Origin: Longimicrobiales bacterium | Lineage (GTDB): Bacteria; Gemmatimonadota; Gemmatimonadetes; Longimicrobiales; Gaopeijiaceae | Direction of reading: 5' to 3' | DNA: 64,000 bases | Assembly (NCBI GenBank): GCA_041690395.1 | Contig: JAWLHJ010000002.1 | Location: 164,697 to 228,696, forward strand | Part shown: one piece after another, positions 45,350-55,044 of the stretch | Position numbering within the stretch: position 1 is the first letter of the stretch | How the letters are laid out: each line of letters starts with the position of its first letter | Program-made: the position numbers and the translations under genes | Notes under the pieces: generated by a model | Told to the model about the DNA's origin: nothing | The model's database searches: none | Seen by the model: only the letters and a program-made list of their open reading frames with translations

Positions 45350-45497
45350 GGGCTGCTCCTCCGCCGTGCGGGCGGCCTGGAGTGGTGTTCAGGGGATGTC
45401 CGGGTGCCCGCCCGACCTCGTCGCGCGGGAGGTCGCGGGGAAACCCGCGTAAGGTGGCGGAAGGGTGGGCCTCGGGCAAGCCGGCGCGGCGCCCGCG

Positions 45498-45947
45498 TCA
45501 GCGGTTCGAGACGCGGATGTCGAGGTCCGAGGTGATCCGTTCCACGTCGTCGGTTCCGGCCGCCGAGACGGCGCGCACGGTCGGCCATTCCGCTTGCACA
45601 TCGTCCACGCGGATGCCCACCTGGAGTGTCCCGCCGGCCGGGGCCACGAGCACGACTCGGTGGCGGCCCTGCCGGGCCGAGACGACGCCCCCGTAAGCCT
45701 GTGTCGTGCCGACACCCTCGAATCCGCGCACGCCGGCGCCGACGACCTCCAGGGCCACCGCGCCGAGCGCGTCCGGCGCCTCGACGGTGACCAGGAGGGT
45801 GCCGGGCCCGCCGTCGCTGCACGCCGAAGCCATCGCCAAAGCCACCAGAAGGGGCGCGAGGAGCCGCCCGATCCGACGCCCGGTCCGAGCCGCGCCCGTC
45901 GCGCGCCCCCTTTCGTCACGTACCTGAGGTACCTGGGACCCGCTCAC
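45498..45947 (-). CDS. Lipoprotein with predicted cohesin-like beta-sandwich
   Basis: GTG start overlaps the M6 stop (GTGA); lipobox ASAC; about 105 aa of alternating beta-strands. The fold is inferred. Confidence 0.65.
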   Translation of the reverse strand: MSGSQVPQVRDERGRATGAARTGRRIGRLLAPLLVALAMASACSDGGPGTLLVTVEAPDALGAVALEVVGAGVRGFEGVGTTQAYGGVVSARQGRHRVVLVAPAGGTLQVGIRVDDVQAEWPTVRAVSAAGTDDVERITSDLDIRVSNR

Positions 45948-48415
45948 CGTGCCCCCCCGGCGCCGCGCGTCACCCAGGCCCGGAAGTCACCCAGGTCGTA
46001 GCTCCCGTCGCCGTTGCCCTCGCGGTCCAGGTAGTCGGCCTCGGCGTCCGTGAGCCGTGGACCGAGCAGAAAGGGCTGGGCCGCTCGCTCCGCCGCGATG
46101 ACGGCCGGACCCACGTCGATCGTGACCTCCCCCTCCGCCGTCAGGCCGATCGCGTCTCGAGCACGGACGGTCGCCGTGAAGCTCCCGGTCTGGAGCGGCG
46201 CGCCCTCGACGGTACCCGTCGTGCGGAGGTCCATCCCCTCGGGGAGCGTTCCGCCGACCAGGCTCCACGCCACAGGCGGGGTGCCGTTGAGCACCTCGAG
46301 GGCGAGGCTCTTGGCCGCCGCGGCCGGCGACGCGAACGACGCGGGCGGCACGGCGTAGACCGTCTCCAGGGTCGCTCCGGCGAAGACCGGTGCGGTCATC
46401 GTCACGAACGCGGGGTTCGTGGCGCCAGCGAGATCCCCCGTCCACCCGACGAACGAGAAGCCGGTCCGCGGCTGGACCTCCACCTCGACCTCGACGTCCG
46501 GATCCTCCACGAACCACAGGTCGGTCGACGGGGGGAAGGTACGCAGGGTGGCGGGCACGACCGGGCCGGCGTCCGACTCCAGCGTGACCCCGAGCTGGAT
46601 CTCGCGGCCCTCGTAGACCGCCGTGAGCGTCACATCGTTGGGCGGAACCTCGAGCGTGCGGGTGCGGCTGGCGAGTCCGTCGGCCCATCGGGCGAAAGGG
46701 CGGCGCACCCCTGGCTCGAGCGCCTCCCCGGCCGCGGCCTCCACGGAGCTCCGCATGAACGGAGCCGCGTCGAAGCCTCCACCCGACGGCTGCGACGCCC
46801 CGTCGACGCCGAAGACGGTCCCGGCTCCCTCCCAGCCGTCCGCGACGAGCGTCACGCGCGAGAGTCGGGTGAGAACGTCCATCTCCACGTTCGCTCCGGC
46901 ACGCCGGATCGCCTGGACAGTGAGGCCGGTCGGCGTGCCCAGATACGAGTCCGCGGCCGGCGTGGATCCCGCGTGGAAGACCGTGTTGCCGGTCGTACCC
47001 GGAAAGGGATCGCCACTCCCGCCGCGCCCTCCGCCGGCCCGGAGGAGATCCCCCCGGCCGTCCGCCTCGCGGAGCCGCACGCCCGGCTGGTCGCTCCCGT
47101 TCACGCGGTTCGCGACCCATCGTGCCGAGACCCGCACCGGGTCGACCTGCCACACCATCAGCCCGCCCCCGCCGTGCAGCAGGCTGTCGAACCCCACGGG
47201 TGGGCGGTTCTCGAGCAGGACGTACTCGCCCGAGCCGTCCTGAGCGTCGATGCGGTAGACGGTGCCGTCCGTCTGCACCGGCGGGAGGCTACGGGTGCCG
47301 TGGTCCAGGCCCGGATCGAGCGTCACCACGTCGACCCATCCGAGCATGGCTTTGCTCCAGGCGCCCATATGGCAAGGCGACGCCGGCGAGTCGTCGTCGC
47401 ACCCCCAGGCCCCGGTCGCCATCAGGTCCCACGTCCCGACGCCGGCGTGCGTGCCGCGTACGTCGTAGAGGTCGGGCAGGCCGAACATGTGTCCGATCTC
47501 GTGGGTGAACACGCCGATCTCGTTCAGGTCGGGTCCGTCGCAGGACAACACCGGCTGCACCGAATAGTCGTCGATCCGGATGTACCCGCCGCCGTTCCGC
47601 GGAGATGGCGTCTCGATGGTCACCCCCTGCCCGCCCGCGTCCCGGAGCGCGTCGGAGAGCGACCATTTGTGCGACCAGATCTTCCCGTAGTCCTGGGAGC
47701 ACTCGGCCCCGCTGGTCGGATGGATGACCGCCAGTGCGTCGACCAGGCCATCGTCGTCCCCCGAGTTCGGCTGACCGTCGGGCCCGTCGTTGTCGAACCG
47801 CCCCCAATCGAAGCTCGGGTCGGCCGCGATCCGGGCCTGCACGATCCGGTACACGAAGTTGCCGATCCCGCCCTCCCCGAGCGTCTCGCTGCTGAGGGCG
47901 CCGTTGCGCTGCGTCACCTGGCTCCGTGTCAGGCTATCGACCCGCACCCAGGGTAGCACCACCCCTTCGAGACGAAGCCGGCCACCGGACACTTCATCGT
48001 AGTAGGCCCGAATGGAACCGGGATCCGCGCCGAAGTACCGGTCCTGGATCTCCGACGCGGCGACCGGCCCACTCCCCTGGGTATCCGAGAAGAGCCCGAG
48101 CACCACCGGAACGGCGAAGTCCCCCACCACCGGCCCGTCCCGTGGCCCGAGCGACGTCGCCGGGCCGAGGGCCGCGCTGCCGCCCGCTCCTCCGGCGCCC
48201 GCGGCGCCCGTCGTACCCGCCGGCCTGATGCGGCCCGCCCTGCCCCGCGTGAACCTGAACGCCCCCGGATTCCGCGCCAGCTCCCGGTAGTATGCGGCCG
48301 GCGGGCTCGTACCGTGGCGTGCCCCGAGCAGCTCCACGTCCTGGGCGGCCGCCCGAGAGGACGGCACGGCCAGGATGAGGCCGACGAGCAGGAGTGGGGG
48401 CACGAAGCGGGTCAT
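45944..48415 (-). CDS. M6 (immune inhibitor A) family metalloprotease with Ig-like domains and C-terminal EF-hand/dockerin-like motif
   Basis: Signal peptide; YYDEVSGG, DNDGPDG..NSGDDDG, IWSH.W, HEIGHMFGLPDLY, WDLMATG, HM.AWSKAMLGW, EY.LLENR; InlB-B-repeat-like (GFSFVGWTGD) and He_PIG-like (GTLPEGM.L...G...G.P...G) segments. Confidence 0.9.
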   Translation of the reverse strand: MTRFVPPLLLVGLILAVPSSRAAAQDVELLGARHGTSPPAAYYRELARNPGAFRFTRGRAGRIRPAGTTGAAGAGGAGGSAALGPATSLGPRDGPVVGDFAVPVVLGLFSDTQGSGPVAASEIQDRYFGADPGSIRAYYDEVSGGRLRLEGVVLPWVRVDSLTRSQVTQRNGALSSETLGEGGIGNFVYRIVQARIAADPSFDWGRFDNDGPDGQPNSGDDDGLVDALAVIHPTSGAECSQDYGKIWSHKWSLSDALRDAGGQGVTIETPSPRNGGGYIRIDDYSVQPVLSCDGPDLNEIGVFTHEIGHMFGLPDLYDVRGTHAGVGTWDLMATGAWGCDDDSPASPCHMGAWSKAMLGWVDVVTLDPGLDHGTRSLPPVQTDGTVYRIDAQDGSGEYVLLENRPPVGFDSLLHGGGGLMVWQVDPVRVSARWVANRVNGSDQPGVRLREADGRGDLLRAGGGRGGSGDPFPGTTGNTVFHAGSTPAADSYLGTPTGLTVQAIRRAGANVEMDVLTRLSRVTLVADGWEGAGTVFGVDGASQPSGGGFDAAPFMRSSVEAAAGEALEPGVRRPFARWADGLASRTRTLEVPPNDVTLTAVYEGREIQLGVTLESDAGPVVPATLRTFPPSTDLWFVEDPDVEVEVEVQPRTGFSFVGWTGDLAGATNPAFVTMTAPVFAGATLETVYAVPPASFASPAAAAKSLALEVLNGTPPVAWSLVGGTLPEGMDLRTTGTVEGAPLQTGSFTATVRARDAIGLTAEGEVTIDVGPAVIAAERAAQPFLLGPRLTDAEADYLDREGNGDGSYDLGDFRAWVTRGAGGAR

Positions 48416-48521
48416 CGACTCGCGGGAAGGAGCGGCAGGAAGTCGAGCCTCGTACACGATCCCTGAAAACGCGGTTCCCGCCCCGCGTCCCGGCGAGGGG
48501 CGGAGATCGCCCCCGGTGGGG

Positions 48522-49091
48522 CTACCGCGCCAGATCCTCCGCGCGCAGTCCCAGCTCGGCCGCCCGCTCCCGCATCCCGTCGATCACGTTCTGGATGTGC
48601 TCGCTCCGTTCCTTCCCGATGAGGTCCATCCCCCACTGGACGTCCTCACGGCTCACGCCCGCGGCGAAGGTCTTGTCCTTGAGCTTCTTCGTCACGGACT
48701 TCGGCTTCAGGTCGTCGATGCCGGTCGGACGCACGAGGCAGGCGGCGAAAACGAGCCCTGAGAGCTCGTCACAGGCGACCAGATACTTGTCCAGATCCGT
48801 CTCGGGCTCGACGCCCGTGAAGTCCGAGCGGTGCGCCAGGATCGCGTGCAGCACGTCCTCCGGGTACCCGAGCCCACGCAGGTGCTCGACCGCCTTCAGC
48901 GGATGCTCCTCGGGATACTTCTCCCAGTCTAGATCGTGGAGCAGACCCGCGAGCCCCCAAGTGTCCTCGTCCTCGCCGCGCAGCTTCGCGTAGTGCCGCA
49001 TGGCGGCTTCGACGGAGTACATGTGTTTGCGGAGTCCGTCGTTCTCGACCCATTCCTCGAGGAGGGCCACGGCGTCGGCGCGGTCGGGCAT
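48522..49091 (-). CDS. HD/HDIG-domain hydrolase
   Basis: LRKHM..VEAAM, GLLHDLDWE, AILAH, ACDELSG, KKLKDKTFAAGV. Confidence 0.85.
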   Translation of the reverse strand: MPDRADAVALLEEWVENDGLRKHMYSVEAAMRHYAKLRGEDEDTWGLAGLLHDLDWEKYPEEHPLKAVEHLRGLGYPEDVLHAILAHRSDFTGVEPETDLDKYLVACDELSGLVFAACLVRPTGIDDLKPKSVTKKLKDKTFAAGVSREDVQWGMDLIGKERSEHIQNVIDGMRERAAELGLRAEDLAR

Positions 49092-49177
49092 CTTGGATGA
49101 TCCTTGTGGTTCGATTCGCGTGTCGCGGAGGACGGCGAAGCTGCGGCAGCCCACCGCGCCGGGTCAAGTCGCCGCGG

Positions 49178-49828
49178 TCACACCCGCGACGAGGGGCACA
49201 GATGGGACACGACGCACTCCCCGCAGAGCGGCTTGCGCGCGTCGCACACCCTCCGTCCATGCCAGATGAGCAGGTGGGCCAGCATCGTCCACCGCTCACG
49301 CGGGAAAACGTCCATGAGGTCGCGCTCGACCTTCTCCGGCGTCTCCTCCCTGGTGAAGCGCAGCCGGTTGGAGAGGCGCTTCACATGGGTGTCCACGACC
49401 ACCCCTTCGTCGATGCCGAAGGCGTTTCCCAGGATGACGTTCGCGGTCTTGCGACCCACGCCCGGGAGCGCGGCGAGCGCGTCCATCTCGGAGGGCACCA
49501 CGCCGTCGTGGTCTGCCATGAGCCCGCGGGCGAAGCCAATGATGTTCTTCGCCTTGTTCCGGAAGAAGCCGGTCGAGCGCACGATCTCCTCCACCTCCTC
49601 CTGCTGCGCGTTGGCGAGCGCCTCGGCGTCCGGGTACCGGCGGAAGAGATCCGGCGTCACCATGTTCACGCGCACGTCGGTGGTCTGGGCGGAAAGGATC
49701 GTGGCCACCGCGAGCTGAAAGGCGTTCTCGTGGTCGAGCTCGCAGTGCGCGTCGGGGTACTCCTCGCGAAGCAGGTCGTACACCGTCTCCGCCCGCTCAC
49801 GGCGGGCCTTCTTGGATTCTCTAGCCAT
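49178..49828 (-). CDS. nth: Endonuclease III
   Basis: ATILSAQTTD, LPGVGRKTANV, VDTHV.R, C.ARKP.C..C....LCP Fe-S motif. Confidence 0.96.
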   Translation of the reverse strand: MARESKKARRERAETVYDLLREEYPDAHCELDHENAFQLAVATILSAQTTDVRVNMVTPDLFRRYPDAEALANAQQEEVEEIVRSTGFFRNKAKNIIGFARGLMADHDGVVPSEMDALAALPGVGRKTANVILGNAFGIDEGVVVDTHVKRLSNRLRFTREETPEKVERDLMDVFPRERWTMLAHLLIWHGRRVCDARKPLCGECVVSHLCPSSRV

Positions 49829-50636
49829 CGTCGCGAATGAAGGTGTAGGCGATGTCTGAAGGGGGCGGGCCGGGCTCCAGGGCCTCGGCGGCGCCGGAGG
49901 TCACACCGGCGGGCTCGCGCCGCTCCGCGCGCCCCGGTCGGCTCGCGAGCGCCGCGAAGACCCGGGCCAGCAGCTTCAGCGGTTCGCCCGCGGTCCGGAT
50001 GCCGTACAACCGATCGATGTCCGCCCCCGGGATCGCGCTGTCGAAATCCGAGCCCTCGCCCGCGGCGCGAACCGTGGCCCCCAGCCACGACGGCGCGTCG
50101 GCGATCGGCGCCTCCGGCACGGGGATCACCCCGACGCCCGGCCGGTCGGGACGGACGCCCGTCACCAGCAGCGTGTGCAGCGTGTCGTCGGAGGTGAGCG
50201 TCCAGAAGAGCCCGTCGAGGGACTCGGGCACTTCGTCGTCCGCGCCGCTCTCGACCCAGAACAGGTGCTGCGGGAGCTGCAGATACCCGGCGCGCGCCAG
50301 GGGCTCCGGCGCGCCCTCGGGCACCGTCGTGACGAGCTCACGCGCGGCATCCGTCGAGAGCAGGTAGAGGGGACAACCGGCCCGGGTGAACGCGACCCCG
50401 TGGAAGGCGAGCGCGGCGTACCGGTGAACGGCCTCCGGCGGCGCTTCCGGGTCGCGGAGCTCCGCGAGGAACGCCCCGACCGAGCCCAGGGTCGCGAACA
50501 TCTGCGGATGATGCGGGTCGACGCCCCGCGCTTCGCCTTCTTCCGAGGCTTCCTCGGCGAGGCGCTCCGCGCGCGTCCGGTCGGGGAACGCGAGCTCGAA
50601 GGGCGTGCGGCGTGCGTAACGGTCGTGTAGTGCCAT
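49821..50636 (-). CDS. Hypothetical protein
   Basis: Coherent ORF overlapping the nth start; YLQLPQHLFW and PESLDGLFW look like conserved motifs. Confidence 0.7.
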   Translation of the reverse strand: MALHDRYARRTPFELAFPDRTRAERLAEEASEEGEARGVDPHHPQMFATLGSVGAFLAELRDPEAPPEAVHRYAALAFHGVAFTRAGCPLYLLSTDAARELVTTVPEGAPEPLARAGYLQLPQHLFWVESGADDEVPESLDGLFWTLTSDDTLHTLLVTGVRPDRPGVGVIPVPEAPIADAPSWLGATVRAAGEGSDFDSAIPGADIDRLYGIRTAGEPLKLLARVFAALASRPGRAERREPAGVTSGAAEALEPGPPPSDIAYTFIRDDG

Positions 50637-50645
50637 GGGGGACGG

Positions 50646-51380
50646 CTACCCCTCTCCGCCCGCCGGTTCCGCCCGGGCGCGCGACTCCACCACCTCGCGC
50701 CCGCCCGACCCGAAGAGCCCGGCGAAGCCCTCCCACCACTTCCGCCGTCGAACCAGCACGAGCTCGACGGAGCCCGCCTGCCCCTCCAGCCCCTCGAGCC
50801 AGACGAAGTGCACGTCTCCGAGCCTCTCGGGCCGCGGAATCCGGTGCGGGCGCCCCGCCCAGTCGAAGTCGATCCGGTCGGCCGCCTCGAAGTCGGCGAC
50901 GGTCCAGACCTGCTCGATGTAGAGGGCCCCCTCGACGTCGAACACACCGCCGCCGAGGTCGTCCCCGTACTGGTAGTACCAGGGATCGAAGTCCAGCCCC
51001 TCGTCACGCTTGAACGTCTCGTCGGACGCGTAGTCCACGCCCTCGAGCCCGTCCTCGCGAGCGAGCGACTCGAGGTGGTGGCGGAGCTCGTGCGTGAGCG
51101 TCTCCCAGAGCTCGCCCTCCCAGTCGAAGTCCTCGTCACGCTCCGACAGGGCCCGGAACGACCCCCAGTAGAGCGCGATGACCGAGCGGGTCGTGTCGGG
51201 GCCACCGTAGTCCGACGGGTGATCCTCGGTCAGGCACTCCCCGAGCGTGTAGACGTGCGGGAGCGTGGGGTGGGCAGGTGCTTCCCGTGACACCGTGAGC
51301 CCGTCGACGCCGTGCTTGTACTCCTCCGGGATCTCGTCGTAGATCTCGCGGGCTTCACGCTCGAAGGTGCGGAAGTCCAC
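50646..51380 (-). CDS. Minimal zincin-like metallopeptidase family protein
   Basis: IALYWGSF, ETLTHELRHHLE (HExxH). Confidence 0.8.
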   Translation of the reverse strand: MDFRTFEREAREIYDEIPEEYKHGVDGLTVSREAPAHPTLPHVYTLGECLTEDHPSDYGGPDTTRSVIALYWGSFRALSERDEDFDWEGELWETLTHELRHHLESLAREDGLEGVDYASDETFKRDEGLDFDPWYYQYGDDLGGGVFDVEGALYIEQVWTVADFEAADRIDFDWAGRPHRIPRPERLGDVHFVWLEGLEGQAGSVELVLVRRRKWWEGFAGLFGSGGREVVESRARAEPAGGEG

Positions 51381-51387
51381 CGCGGCC

Positions 51388-52836
51388 CTAGCCGTCCCGT
51401 TCCACGAACGGGCGCGCCAACTTGCGGTTGATCAGGAGGAGCACCGCGATGACCGCGGCGAACTGGAGAACGACCGAGCCGATGTTGTAGGAGCTGAAGA
51501 GCGTCCAGGTCGACCGGAAGTCGCTCCCCCGCGCGCTCCACAGCCACCATCCCGCCAGGACCACCGCCTGGACGGCCACGAGACGGATGGCCCAGTCCCA
51601 CCACGCTCCGATCCGGATGTCCGAGTCCTCCTGATTGATGAACGTCTCGCGCCACCTGGTCACTCCGTACTTCAGCACCGCGAAGGCGAAGAAGAAGCCG
51701 GAGATCATGAGCCCCACGCCCCACACCCAGTCCTGGTTGCGAAAGAACTCGATGTTGAGCGCGCTCGGAATGCCGAAGAGGAGGCCGGCCGCCGCGACCA
51801 GCGTGACCGCGCGACGCCGTTCGACCCCCAGGTCCATCAGGATCCGGCTGGCGAGCTCGATCATGGCTACCAGACTCGTCCAAGCCGCGAACACCAGCGA
51901 GAGGAAGAAGAGGGCCTGGAAGAAGCGCCCGCCCGGTATCCCGGCGAAGAGCTGCGGAATCCAGATGAAGGTGAGCCCCTCGTTGCCGGCCCCGACGATC
52001 TCGGTCGCGGTCTCCGGCATCACGCTGAAGACGGTGCACAGCACCATGATGCCGGCCAGGAGCGACATCGAGTTGTTCCCGAAGCCGATGACGAAGGCGT
52101 TGAGCGCCGTGTCCTCGCGCCTCCGCATGTAGACCGCGTACGTCAGCACGAGCCCCCACCCCGCCCCGGTATCCCAGGCGTTCTGCGTCAGGGCCTGGAG
52201 CCAGATCTCGTAGTTGGCCAGCTCGGCGAGATTGGGCGTGAAGAGGAAGGCCAGCCCCTCGGCGGCGCCCGGCAGGGTGAGCGCCTTCACCGCGAGCACC
52301 ATCACCAGGACGATGAGGCTCGGAATGAGGATGCGCGCGGCGGTCTCGATCCCCCGCACCCCGCGTGACACCACGAAGACCGCGAGGCCGACCGCGACGA
52401 AGTGGGTGAGCAGCGCCTGCGGCGTGGAGTGGAAGCCGTTCCAGAACGCGTCCGGAGCGCCCGGGCCCGGTACGTCGCCCGTGACGGTCCCGATGAAGAA
52501 GCGGAGCGTCCACCCCATCACGACGCTGTAGTAGAACATGATGGCCGTCGCCACGAAGGCGACCCATGCACCCATCCAGGCGGCCCAAGGACCGAGCGTC
52601 TTCACGAACGCGCCGATGGGTCCGCGCCGGGTCCCCTTCCCCATCCCGAACTCGAGGATCAGCAGGGGAACCGACCACGCGAGCAGGAAGACCACCCAGG
52701 CCACGAGGAACGGACCGCCGCCGTTGCTCGCCGCGACCCGCGGAAAGCGCCAGATGTTCCCGGTCCCGACGGCCATCCCGAGCATGGCGAGCAGCATGCC
52801 CCAACGGGAGCTGAAGACTTCGGACCTTGATGCCAC
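51388..52836 (-). CDS. Sodium-dependent transporter, NSS/SNF family
   Basis: FSSRWG, GMAVGTGNIWRFP, NGGG.F, FYYSVVMGW, GLAFLFTP, about 11-12 TM. Confidence 0.93.
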   Translation of the reverse strand: MASRSEVFSSRWGMLLAMLGMAVGTGNIWRFPRVAASNGGGPFLVAWVVFLLAWSVPLLILEFGMGKGTRRGPIGAFVKTLGPWAAWMGAWVAFVATAIMFYYSVVMGWTLRFFIGTVTGDVPGPGAPDAFWNGFHSTPQALLTHFVAVGLAVFVVSRGVRGIETAARILIPSLIVLVMVLAVKALTLPGAAEGLAFLFTPNLAELANYEIWLQALTQNAWDTGAGWGLVLTYAVYMRRREDTALNAFVIGFGNNSMSLLAGIMVLCTVFSVMPETATEIVGAGNEGLTFIWIPQLFAGIPGGRFFQALFFLSLVFAAWTSLVAMIELASRILMDLGVERRRAVTLVAAAGLLFGIPSALNIEFFRNQDWVWGVGLMISGFFFAFAVLKYGVTRWRETFINQEDSDIRIGAWWDWAIRLVAVQAVVLAGWWLWSARGSDFRSTWTLFSSYNIGSVVLQFAAVIAVLLLINRKLARPFVERDG

Positions 52837-52911
52837 GCTTGTCCCCCGGACTTCGGGCTTGGAGTTGCCCGGGGCGTCCGGACCTGGCCGGACGCCCCGG
52901 GCGCACGGTCG

Positions 52912-53373
52912 TCAGGCCGCCTGGAGCTCCGACGTGCAGTGCGGGCAGCGGCTCGCTACGAGCGGGATGGTCATGCCGCAGAACGGGCATGGCTTCTCGG
53001 TCGGAGCCGGCGGCGGCACGGGCTCCTCGCGCTTCATCCGGTTGATCGACTTCACCAGCATGAAGACCGCGAAGCCCACGATCAGGAAGCTGATGATCGC
53101 GTTGATGAAGAGGCCGATGTTCAGCGTGACCGCTCCCGCCTCCTTGGCCGCCTCGATGGTCGGGTACGGACCCTCGACCGTGCCCTGCCGGAGCGTGACG
53201 AACAGCTCGGCGAAGTCGACGTTCCCGACCAGCATGCCCACCGGCGGCATGATGACGTCGTCCACGAGGCTCCTGACGACCGTCCCGAACGCCCCGCCGA
53301 TGATGATGCCCACCGCCATGTCCACGACGTTGCCCTTGATGGCGAACTCACGGAACTCTTTTACCATGCTCAT
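52912..53373 (-). CDS. mscL: Large-conductance mechanosensitive channel with C-terminal zinc ribbon
   Basis: KEFREFAIKGNVVDMAVGIIIGGAF, GLFINAIISFLIV; tail CPFC..CPHC. Confidence 0.93.
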   Translation of the reverse strand: MSMVKEFREFAIKGNVVDMAVGIIIGGAFGTVVRSLVDDVIMPPVGMLVGNVDFAELFVTLRQGTVEGPYPTIEAAKEAGAVTLNIGLFINAIISFLIVGFAVFMLVKSINRMKREEPVPPPAPTEKPCPFCGMTIPLVASRCPHCTSELQAA

Positions 53374-53509
53374 GCGTCGCTTCCTGTCCTCGGGTGGCCC
53401 CTGGTTCCCCACAAGCTGCGCGCCATAGTGGGCGCGCGGCGCGCGGATCACAAGGCGGCCCGGCGGGGGCGGCAGCTGGCCCGGTCCGTTACCGAGCCCG
53501 GTCGCCGAC

Positions 53510-54829
53510 TCAGCCGGCGAGTCGCTCCCGGATCCAGGATCCGACCTTGTCGCTGGCGACCCGGATCTGCTCGAGGCTGTCCCGGTCGCGAATCGTGACG
53601 GTCCCATCCTCGTTGGTGTCGCCGTCTACGGTGACGCACCACGGCGTGCCGGCCTCGTCCTGGCGGCGGTACCGACGCCCGATCGAGCCCGCCGCATCGT
53701 AGAACGACGGGATCCCAGATGCCTTCAGCTCCATGGTGAGCTTCTCGGCGTGCTCGGGCAGGCCATCCTTCTTCACGAGCGGGAAGATCGCGGCCTTCAC
53801 GGGCGCCACACGCGGGTCCAGGCCGAGCACGACTCGCTCCTCGCCCTCGACCTCTTCCTCCCGGTACGCGTCGGCCAGGAGCACGAGCGCCGCGCGGTCC
53901 ACGCCCATGGACGTCTCGATGACGTAGGGCACGAACCGCTCGTTCGACACCGGGTCGATGTACTCGAGACGCTTCCCGGAATACTCCTGATGCCGGGCCA
54001 GGTCGAAGTCGGTCCGGTTGTGGATGCCCTCGAACTCCTTCCACCCGAACGGGAACTCGTACTCGACGTCGAAGGCCTTCTTGGCGTAGTGCGCGAGCTC
54101 GTCCGGGCCGTGCTCGTGGAAGCGGAGCTTCTTCGGGTCGATACCGAGCCCCTTGTGCCACTCCATGCGGACGTCCATCCAGCGTTCGAACCACGCCTCG
54201 TCCTCGCCCGGCTTCACGAAGAACTGCATCTCGGCCTGCTCGAACTCGCGGGTCCGGAAGATGAAGTTCCCGGGCGTGATCTCGTTCCGGAACGCCTTAC
54301 CGATCTGCGCGATGCCGAACGGGAGCTTCCGGCGCGCCGTCTGCTGCACGTTGAGGAAGTTCACGAAGATCCCCTGCGCCGTCTCGGGACGCAGGTAGAC
54401 GGTGGCCGAGCTGTCCTCGACCGGCCCCATGAACGTCTTGAACATGAGGTTGAACATGCGCGGCTCGGTGAAGGCATCGCGCGTGCCGCACACCGGGCAC
54501 TGGCCGTCCTGCACGTCCGCGTGGTCCGCCCGGAAGCGCCGGTGGCAGTTCGTGCACTCGATGAGCGGGTCCGTGAAGCCCTCGACGTGGCCGGAGGCCT
54601 CCCACACCCGCGGATGCATGAGGATGGCGGCGTCCAGCCCCTCGATGTCGTCGCGGCGGTGCACCATCGCGGACCACCAGAGGTCCTTCAGGTTCCGCTT
54701 GAGCTCCACGCCCAGGGGCCCGTAGTCCCAGACGGATCCGGTACCGCCGTAGATCTCCGAGGACTGGAAGATGTATCCGCGTCGCTTCGCGAGCGAGACG
54801 AGCTTGTCCATGAGATCGGCGTTGGCCAT
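53510..54829 (-). CDS. glyQS: Glycine--tRNA ligase (homodimeric alpha2 type)
   Basis: [63 protein letters not shown]. Confidence 0.96.
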   Translation of the reverse strand: MANADLMDKLVSLAKRRGYIFQSSEIYGGTGSVWDYGPLGVELKRNLKDLWWSAMVHRRDDIEGLDAAILMHPRVWEASGHVEGFTDPLIECTNCHRRFRADHADVQDGQCPVCGTRDAFTEPRMFNLMFKTFMGPVEDSSATVYLRPETAQGIFVNFLNVQQTARRKLPFGIAQIGKAFRNEITPGNFIFRTREFEQAEMQFFVKPGEDEAWFERWMDVRMEWHKGLGIDPKKLRFHEHGPDELAHYAKKAFDVEYEFPFGWKEFEGIHNRTDFDLARHQEYSGKRLEYIDPVSNERFVPYVIETSMGVDRAALVLLADAYREEEVEGEERVVLGLDPRVAPVKAAIFPLVKKDGLPEHAEKLTMELKASGIPSFYDAAGSIGRRYRRQDEAGTPWCVTVDGDTNEDGTVTIRDRDSLEQIRVASDKVGSWIRERLAG

Positions 54830-55044
54830 GACGTGCCTCGGAACCCTTGATGGGGGGCGCTTCGGGGGGTGGGACGGTGGGCGCGAAAGGTACCCGGGCC
54901 CGCCGGGGCGATCAACGTCGGGCCCGGTGCACGGAGGAACCGCGCATCGAAGGCGACCCGTTGCGAACCCCGGACACTCCTCGGGGTAGCATGTCGCGTT
55001 CGGACGGCGAGAGCCGCAGACGACCAAGGTTTCCGAGGATCACC

